Positions 57,656-64,000 of a DNA stretch of 64,000 bases are shown piece by piece. The position numbers and the translations under genes are program-made. The stretch's first letter is position 1, and each line of letters opens with the position of its first letter. Origin of the DNA: Verrucomicrobiales bacterium. Lineage in GTDB: Bacteria > Verrucomicrobiota > Verrucomicrobiia > Limisphaerales > UBA9464. The stretch is from NCBI GenBank assembly GCA_027490985.1, contig JAIXXC010000153.1, positions 20,592 through 84,591 on the forward strand, read 5' to 3'. The notes below the pieces were generated by a model. It did no database searches and had not been told where the DNA came from. It saw only the letters and a list, made by a program, of their open reading frames with translations.

Positions 57656-60607
57656 TCAGCGCTTGGCGCGGATGAACAGCGCAGCGCCATCCACCGTGAT
57701 CTCATCCCCGCTCTTGATGGCGGAGTCGGCATAGGTGCCGTTGAGGGTGGTGGAGGTCTGCAGCGTGCCCGTTCCGTCGAAGGTGATCTTCACCTTGCCG
57801 TTGGCACCGACAGCCGCCTTCAGGTTGCTGACGGCCGAGATGACAGGAGCCACGTTGAAGTCCCAGTAGGCGATCAGGCCCTTGGAGGCCGGGAGGGCCG
57901 TCGGGAGGGTTCCCTTGGACAGGGCGACCACGTCGGCCTCGACCAGCTCCTTACCGAAGACCGAGAAGTCATCGATGATGGCTCGGCTCAGCTCAGCGCC
58001 GTTGGCACCGGAGCCCATGTAGAAGGCGTCGATGTCGACCGGCAGCTTGGCCGTGTTTTCGCCCGACAAGAACAGCTGACCGTCGATCCAGATGTTCTTC
58101 GAAGCACCCTTCTTGGTGAACACGAACAGGTGGTAGGCGTTGGTCCACCAGGACGCGTTGCCGGAGTATCCGGGGAAGGTCTGGATGTCGGCCGAGATGC
58201 GCTGGGTGGCGCCGTCGCAGCAACCCACGGTATCGAAGTAGATGTTCTGGTTGCTCCACGGCGTGTGGCTGTGGAAACCGCGGTTGTTCGGGCTGCCCGG
58301 GGAGTTCATCGTGAACGCAGAGCTGTCGGAGATGTCGAGACGCTTCTGCCAGAACGCGATCGTGAGCTCATCGTTGGCCGTGGCGGCGTTGACCTTGGCC
58401 AAGAAGTCGCGATTGAAGCTGACCACCGGACCACCCTTCATCGTGAGGTTGATGGCCTTGTCGCCCGCCTTGCCGGTGGCGCCAGCGGCATCGTCCGTGA
58501 AGACCGCCGAACCCATGAGCAGGCCGGGGTAGCCACCCACCTTGTCCGCGGTCGTGCCGCTGTAGGCACCCGTCGTGAAGGTGTAGTCGTAGGTCGCAGC
58601 CTTGCCACCGGCATCGAGGTAACCCAGCGAGACGGTGTGGACCGACAGGCTCGCGGCCAGAGCCGGCGGGGTGTACTTGATGGTGACGATGTTGCCGTCC
58701 TTGGTGACGGTCGGGGTCACGGTCTGGCCGTCGTACTTCAGGCTCACGTTCTGGGCAGTCCAGGCCGTCTTGCCGTCGCGGTGCACGATGGTGATCGAGG
58801 CCGCGGGGCTCACGCCCTTGGCGTTCGCGGCCGGGCTGATCTGGGTGTAGGCACCAGCCGGATCCGCCGGGAGATCCACGGCGGAGCTCAGGAACTTGCC
58901 CGCGATCGGGGTCAGCTTGTTGGCAGCCGTGGTGTCGCCTTCTTTGCGCCAGGCGATCTGGCCGTAGTCACCGCCGCCGCCCTCCTTGTAGACCATGCGG
59001 ACGAAGTACTTCTTGCCGGCGGTCAGAGCAACGGGCTCCGAAGTGCGCGGGCTGTCGGGCTCGGTGAAGAAGTTGCAGCATCCGGTCTCCTCGGCGATCT
59101 GGGCCAGATTGGCCTCCTTGTCGTCGGAGCTGATGAAGAACTGCGAGGCGTCATCCGAGTAGATGAAGAAGCGGTAGCTGCCGCTTTCGGACGGGGTCAG
59201 GAAACCTTCCATCGACGCACCGTAGTTGTCCTTCGAGTCGTTCGGCAGGGCATCGCGGCTGTTGAACGCGAACACGGCGGCCGTCATGTCCGGAGAAGCC
59301 GGCCAGCGGGGATCCTGGTAGAGGTTGTCCACCGGGGTGCCGTTGATGCCACCCCAGAACGAGAACTTCAGCACGCCATCCTTGACGTTCAGGAAGGAGT
59401 AGAAGCTGGCCGTGCTGTTGGCGGCGACCGCGTTCTTGGAGGTGTCGACCACGTTGTTGACGGTGACCGTGTAGGCCACGGCGCCCGGGGTCTGGGCGGC
59501 GGTGGTCAGAGTCACCACGTTCTTCTTCACGGCCGCGGCGGAGACCGCGAGGTTCGGGCTGAAGGAGTAGTTGGCCAAGGTGGTGGCCGAGGCGGCGTCG
59601 ACGGCCTCCGAGAAGGTCAGCGTGACCGTCTTGAAGTCACCGGCGGTGCTCGCCGAGACGAGCACCGGCTTGGTCACGTCGATCGGGTTGGTGCCGGCCT
59701 GGAACTCCTGAAGGTTGGTCGCACCGTCCTTGTCGAAGTCGAGGGCGGCATCGGCGGCGCTGTTCGGGTTGAAGCCGTAGTCCTGTTCCCAGGTGTCGGG
59801 CATGCCGTCCTTGTCGGTGTCCACCGGGGGGGTGCCGATCGGGCCGCCTTTGACGATGGCCTGAATGTCCTTCTGCGACAAGGCTCCCTTGAAAATGGCG
59901 AAGTCGTCGATGATGCCGTCGGGTGCGTTCTTGTCGCTGGCCGCTCCGATGAAGAGCTGGGTGAAGTCGGTGGGCAGCGGAGACACGCCTTCGGTCTGCT
60001 CGGCGAGCAGCTCACCGTCGACGTAGATCTGCTTGGTCTCCTTGTTCTTGACGAAGGCGTAGTGGTGCCAAGTGGTCCAGTCGAAGCCCTCAGCAGCGGC
60101 CTGATCGAGGCGCTGGGACGGAGCCGAGCAGCAGCCGTTGCTGTCGAGATAGATGCGGCCGTTGGACCAGGGCAAATGGGCCTGGATGCCGCGGCCTTGG
60201 CTCGCGGCGACGAACCAGAAGGAAGAGCTGTTGACGTTGGAGAAGTTCTTCTGCCAGAGCACGATCGACACGGCGTCGTCGGCCGCGGCGAGATTCATCG
60301 GGTTGGCGTCACCCTCGGCTTCCACCAGGATGTGGCCCCGGGCGCTGTTGGCCTGGGACACGTCGAAACCACGACCGCCACCCGGGCGACCGCCGCCCGC
60401 CTCGGTGATCTTGGCGGCATCGTTGATGGTGCCCACGTACTTGCCGTTGGTGGACTTGATGGAAACGCCGTCGGCTTCGACGCGCTCGAAATCCCAGTAC
60501 GCGAGGACCGGGGGGGTGGATTGGGCTTGCGCCGCAACCGTGCCCAGGGTGAGGGCGGCCAGACCGGCGAGGAGCCGGTACGAGGCCTTATTGGGGTTTT
60601 GATTCAT
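57656..60607 (-). CDS. Large secreted multidomain protein: LamG/concanavalin-like lectin domains, thrombospondin-type-3-like Ca loops, Ig-like domain and PA14-like domain
   Basis: Trimmed to MNQNPNKASYRLLAGLAALTLGTVAAQAQ. Two or three LamG-like blocks recur (IVLWQKN...W..YAFV, IAFWQKR...H..VFT, DDFAIF/DDFSVF). DTDKDGMPDTWE...DFDKDGATNLQEF is present. The PA14-like stretch is GFLTPSESGSYRFFIYSDDASQFFIS. Confidence 0.75.
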   Translation of the reverse strand: MNQNPNKASYRLLAGLAALTLGTVAAQAQSTPPVLAYWDFERVEADGVSIKSTNGKYVGTINDAAKITEAGGGRPGGGRGFDVSQANSARGHILVEAEGDANPMNLAAADDAVSIVLWQKNFSNVNSSSFWFVAASQGRGIQAHLPWSNGRIYLDSNGCCSAPSQRLDQAAAEGFDWTTWHHYAFVKNKETKQIYVDGELLAEQTEGVSPLPTDFTQLFIGAASDKNAPDGIIDDFAIFKGALSQKDIQAIVKGGPIGTPPVDTDKDGMPDTWEQDYGFNPNSAADAALDFDKDGATNLQEFQAGTNPIDVTKPVLVSASTAGDFKTVTLTFSEAVDAASATTLANYSFSPNLAVSAAAVKKNVVTLTTAAQTPGAVAYTVTVNNVVDTSKNAVAANSTASFYSFLNVKDGVLKFSFWGGINGTPVDNLYQDPRWPASPDMTAAVFAFNSRDALPNDSKDNYGASMEGFLTPSESGSYRFFIYSDDASQFFISSDDKEANLAQIAEETGCCNFFTEPDSPRTSEPVALTAGKKYFVRMVYKEGGGGDYGQIAWRKEGDTTAANKLTPIAGKFLSSAVDLPADPAGAYTQISPAANAKGVSPAASITIVHRDGKTAWTAQNVSLKYDGQTVTPTVTKDGNIVTIKYTPPALAASLSVHTVSLGYLDAGGKAATYDYTFTTGAYSGTTADKVGGYPGLLMGSAVFTDDAAGATGKAGDKAINLTMKGGPVVSFNRDFLAKVNAATANDELTIAFWQKRLDISDSSAFTMNSPGSPNNRGFHSHTPWSNQNIYFDTVGCCDGATQRISADIQTFPGYSGNASWWTNAYHLFVFTKKGASKNIWIDGQLFLSGENTAKLPVDIDAFYMGSGANGAELSRAIIDDFSVFGKELVEADVVALSKGTLPTALPASKGLIAYWDFNVAPVISAVSNLKAAVGANGKVKITFDGTGTLQTSTTLNGTYADSAIKSGDEITVDGAALFIRAKR

Positions 60608-60849
60608 AACTCGGGAGTTGATGAGGTTGACGCTCCCCAATTCAGGCCTATCTATGCATCCTGAGCATTCTGGTGCGGACACCATTCGGCCTGACGAGGC
60701 CTTCAGCTCGTGGTGCTTGAGCGGTCTTAACGGGGGTAACTGGGGCAGTGCATACGAAACGCCACGGAGCCACAAGCGAAAACGTGATCGGACGGATCAC
60801 AAAGTTATTCACACCCTACCGGAGCGCCACCCCGGGATCGGGCGGAGTG

Positions 60850-63800
60850 TCACTGCCGTTGCCGAAGTCCGGTTTCAGACACCACCACCGACCGAGCACT
60901 CGGGGGCCAGGGTCGGCGCTGGGTAAGCCCCCCGGGCCAGCGGACCTCCAGGGCCGTCGGCGTTTCCGGGGCCGCCAGCACGGTATCGGGGGAGTCCTGA
61001 GACCTGAATCCCGATCCGGCGTGGATCTCGCGAGCCGGGCCGAGGCGCTCACCCATCACCAGCCGGATCACGGCCCCGACACCCTCCGGATTGCCCGGTG
61101 ACCCCTCCAGAGCCACTCGAACCCCCGGCTTGCCGGCGCGATTGCGCAAGATCCGGGTCTTGCCCGCATGCTGGCCCACCGCCAAATCAGGGCGGCCATC
61201 GCCGTCCAGATCGGCCACGGCACTGCCGCGCTGTTCACCGGGCAGACTGAAGCCGGCCTCGCGGGGCGAAAGGCTCCGGAACCCGCCCCGACCGTCGCCC
61301 AACAGCACCAATCCCGTTCCGGCGTCTTGGCGGGCGGTTTCCACATCCATGCCAAAAAAGTTCTGAGCCAGGAAAAGATCTTCATGGCCGTCTCCATCGA
61401 AATCGACGATCGAGATCCCGAACGCCGGCGCCCATTGGGCCTCGACCGGCAGTGGGCGACCCTCGAAGCGCCCTCCGCGATTCAAGAACACCATGGAGTC
61501 GAAGGTGTCGGCGCTGAGAGACTGGGCACGGGCCGCCAACGGACCCAGCAGGGAGTCGAGGCTCAGCGCGGCGAACTCGCGGTGGGACTGGACCCGCTCG
61601 GCCAGGGCGGGAATCGCCTGGGACAGCGCCGACCACGAACGCCATGGGCGGTCTCGATCGCCCGACGGATCGGTCGAGGCCAACAGGGTGAGAATGCGTG
61701 CGGGTTCGTGGAACTCCCCATACACCAGCCGGACCGGTGCGGAGATTCGACCCGGCGAGTCGACCCTCCAGTTGCGCCCGCCATTGGAGGCCACCAGGTC
61801 CAGTCGGCCGTCTCCGTCGAAATCTCCGGCGCCGACCCCGTTCCACAGCCCACGCCACGCACCCAGTCCGGACTCGGCGGTGGCCTCGACCCAACGGCCG
61901 CCCTCATTGCGGAAAAGCCGCAGCGTATCCCAGTCGCCCGCCAACACGAGGTCCGGATCCCCGTCAGCGTCCACGTCGGTGAAGACCGCCCCACTGGTTC
62001 GAGTGGATTTCGTTATCGTTATTGGTTTACCCCAGCCCGAAATCTGCCCCGGAAGAAGGACGGTCTCGGAGGTCTCGGGGTACCGACCCGCCCGACTGCG
62101 CGCGCCGACCAGGAGGTCCAAGCGTCCGTCGCCGTCCACATCGGCCAAGGCCATCGCCCCGGTGGTCGCCTCGTCGGCCGGGGCGTTGGTGGCCACGACC
62201 GCCTGCCCCGACTGGAGGCTCCAACTGTGGAACCGCGGTGCCTGGGCCAGAGCCGCCTTCACGTTGGAGAGCCCGGTGAGAATCCGCGGTGGCGTGACGC
62301 CTTGACGCTGCACCAGCACTTGAAGGGCGCCGGGTCGGTCTGCGGCTCCCATGGCCACCGCCAGGGCACCGGTCTCCGGAACAAAACCGGCGGGCCCGTC
62401 ATTGCGCAGCACTCGAAAACGGCCGTCTTCGTCGGCACTGATGAGCAGGTCGGGATCGCCATCGGCATCCCAGTCGGCCCAGGTCAGACCCGGAGCCTCC
62501 GTACCCAGACGGCGCGGCAACAGGGGTTGTCGCTCCCACTCCGTGGCATCGGGTTCCCGCGGGACCGGATCGGGATCGGTGACCAGACCCTCGAACAGCG
62601 GTTGCGGAAGCGTGGGCACCGGCGACGGGTCGAGGGTGTCCCGCTCCTCGATCTCCACAAGCTGATTGGGCTCGAGCCCGCCGACCACCGTGCGGCGTCC
62701 GTTGCGCCAGGTGACTTCGACCTGCAGATGGCGCGCCTGCCCCGCGGCAAACACCCGGACGGCCTGGTCACCCGACAGGTAGCGACCGCCGGAGATCATT
62801 TCCTGCGTCTGGCTCACCGGCCCGCCGGTGACCTTGAGCCGGGCTCCGATGCCCGCGGTGTTGCCGCGGGCCCCCTTGAGGCGGACGGCCAGACGCGGGG
62901 CCGGACTGCCATTGCACAACACCCGGGCGGGGCCGTTGAGCACATTGACCACGACGTCCAGATCTCCGTCGTTATCGAGGTCGCCGAAGGCCATGCCGTG
63001 GGCGAACCCGCGCTGATCGAAACCCCAGCGCGCGCCCGTGTCTTCGAAGGTCAGGTCGCGGCGATTGCGAAAGGCCATCGACGGGGTGTTGCGGGGCGGG
63101 AGCAGCGCCAGGGCCCGCTGGCGGGTTTCCGGGGTCTTCCAGAGGCCTTCCCGGATGATGCGGCTCTGGGCGTCGATGTCCTGCACATCGTGGAGATTGC
63201 CGGTGGTCAGCAGCAGGTCTTCCCAGCCGTCGAGATCCACATCGAGGAAGGCCGCAGACCAGGTCCAATCGGTGGCCGCCACGCCCGCGAACTGGGCTAT
63301 CTCGGCCCAGGTGCCGTCGCCCCGGCCGAGTTGAAGGGCGTTGCGGGTCACCTCGGGGCGGAACTGCGGGCGTTCAACCGGCCAGCGCACCACCCCGTCG
63401 AGCGTGTCGGGTCGTTGACGCGCCCGATCGTCGCCCCGGGGGCTGAGCATCTCGGCGACGAAGAAATCGTCGTGGCCGTCACGGTTGATGTCGGCCGCGT
63501 CCATGGACATCGACGACAGGGGCTGGTTGCGCAGGGCGAAGTCGGGGGCCGCCTGGAATCGCTTGCCACGGTTGAGCCACAGCCGGTCGGGCCAGTGGAC
63601 GAAATCATTGCACACGTACAAGTCCGGCTGATGGTCGCCGTCGAGGTCGCGGAACATCACCGCCAAACCCCAGTCCCGGGGGGCATCGCTCAGGGCCTGT
63701 CCGCGCTCGTCCAGAAACAATCCGACATTCCAAGGAGCCACCACCACGTTCGTCCCACCCCGGTTGATGTAGAACGCGTCGGGTTCTCCCCGTTCCAGGA

Positions 63801-64000
63801 CCTCGAGGTTGCCGTTGAGGGCGGGGACTCCGAGGTAGCGATCCTTCGGTTCGATCACCGTGCTGCCGTCGGGCTGGCGACGCTGGACGAACCGGCCGCC
63901 TTTGGGCGGATCGTGGAAGGTGTCGGTGCGGTAGTGGGTGACATACACGTCGAGATCCCCGTCGCCATCGACATCGGCCAAGGCCATCGACGTGGCCCCC
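60850..64000 (-). CDS. CRTAC1/ASPIC-UnbV-family protein with many FG-GAP/VCBS repeats; the N-terminus lies beyond the window end
   Basis: The frame stays open upstream of the listed Met at 63987 (…GATSMALADVDGDGDLDV). FG-GAP loops are repeated (DLDGDHQPDL, DINRDGHDDF, DLDNDGDLDV, DVDGDGRLDL, DFDGDGHEDL...). There are two ASPIC/UnbV-like modules (RGNTAGIGARLKVTGG...GGRYLSGDQ and GNPEGVGAVIRL...AGSGFRSQDS). Confidence 0.8.
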   Translation of the reverse strand, partial: GATSMALADVDGDGDLDVYVTHYRTDTFHDPPKGGRFVQRRQPDGSTVIEPKDRYLGVPALNGNLEVLERGEPDAFYINRGGTNVVVAPWNVGLFLDERGQALSDAPRDWGLAVMFRDLDGDHQPDLYVCNDFVHWPDRLWLNRGKRFQAAPDFALRNQPLSSMSMDAADINRDGHDDFFVAEMLSPRGDDRARQRPDTLDGVVRWPVERPQFRPEVTRNALQLGRGDGTWAEIAQFAGVAATDWTWSAAFLDVDLDGWEDLLLTTGNLHDVQDIDAQSRIIREGLWKTPETRQRALALLPPRNTPSMAFRNRRDLTFEDTGARWGFDQRGFAHGMAFGDLDNDGDLDVVVNVLNGPARVLCNGSPAPRLAVRLKGARGNTAGIGARLKVTGGPVSQTQEMISGGRYLSGDQAVRVFAAGQARHLQVEVTWRNGRRTVVGGLEPNQLVEIEERDTLDPSPVPTLPQPLFEGLVTDPDPVPREPDATEWERQPLLPRRLGTEAPGLTWADWDADGDPDLLISADEDGRFRVLRNDGPAGFVPETGALAVAMGAADRPGALQVLVQRQGVTPPRILTGLSNVKAALAQAPRFHSWSLQSGQAVVATNAPADEATTGAMALADVDGDGRLDLLVGARSRAGRYPETSETVLLPGQISGWGKPITITKSTRTSGAVFTDVDADGDPDLVLAGDWDTLRLFRNEGGRWVEATAESGLGAWRGLWNGVGAGDFDGDGRLDLVASNGGRNWRVDSPGRISAPVRLVYGEFHEPARILTLLASTDPSGDRDRPWRSWSALSQAIPALAERVQSHREFAALSLDSLLGPLAARAQSLSADTFDSMVFLNRGGRFEGRPLPVEAQWAPAFGISIVDFDGDGHEDLFLAQNFFGMDVETARQDAGTGLVLLGDGRGGFRSLSPREAGFSLPGEQRGSAVADLDGDGRPDLAVGQHAGKTRILRNRAGKPGVRVALEGSPGNPEGVGAVIRLVMGERLGPAREIHAGSGFRSQDSPDTVLAAPETPTALEVRWPGGLTQRRPWPPSARSVVVSETGLRQRQ

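Overview
High-G+C chromosomal segment. The gene content points to Verrucomicrobiota or Planctomycetota: prepilin-type [25 protein letters not shown] proteins, FG-GAP/ASPIC proteins, DUF1080-like and CotH proteins. This phylum call is inference and was not checked against a database. Most of the window is core metabolism. It holds a 13-gene complex I cluster (nuoB to nuoN, minus strand, 4.7-19.0 kb) that lacks nuoA and is interrupted between nuoE and nuoF by an opposite-strand tRNA-Gln(CUG). It also holds rplU-rpmA-obg, hisD, hisF, bioD, leuC, cysN, a partial YjhG/YagF-like dehydratase, and an RRM-protein/infA/DEAD-box helicase cluster. Envelope and secreted functions fill the rest: M48, NlpC/P60, M28 and U32 peptidases, two pseudopilin-like proteins, an ExbB-ExbD-TonB-like module, CotH, a lone GspE-like ATPase, a beta-barrel/histidine-kinase/beta-propeller trio, a roughly 980-aa LamG/PA14 protein, and FG-GAP/ASPIC proteins. 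The one clearly accessory element is a roughly 2.2-kb visibly low-G+C islet (about 34.3-36.5 kb) with three minus-strand ORFs of no recognisable family. The first (392 aa) ends in a small domain that looks like a polymorphic-toxin module and overlaps the next ORF (115 aa) by ATGA, which is a toxin-immunity-like layout. This is my best candidate for an undescribed system, but the assignment is inferential. Many long ORFs in the supplied track are antisense shadows of real genes, as expected in GC-rich DNA, and were rejected. Several listed ORFs were trimmed to internal starts.
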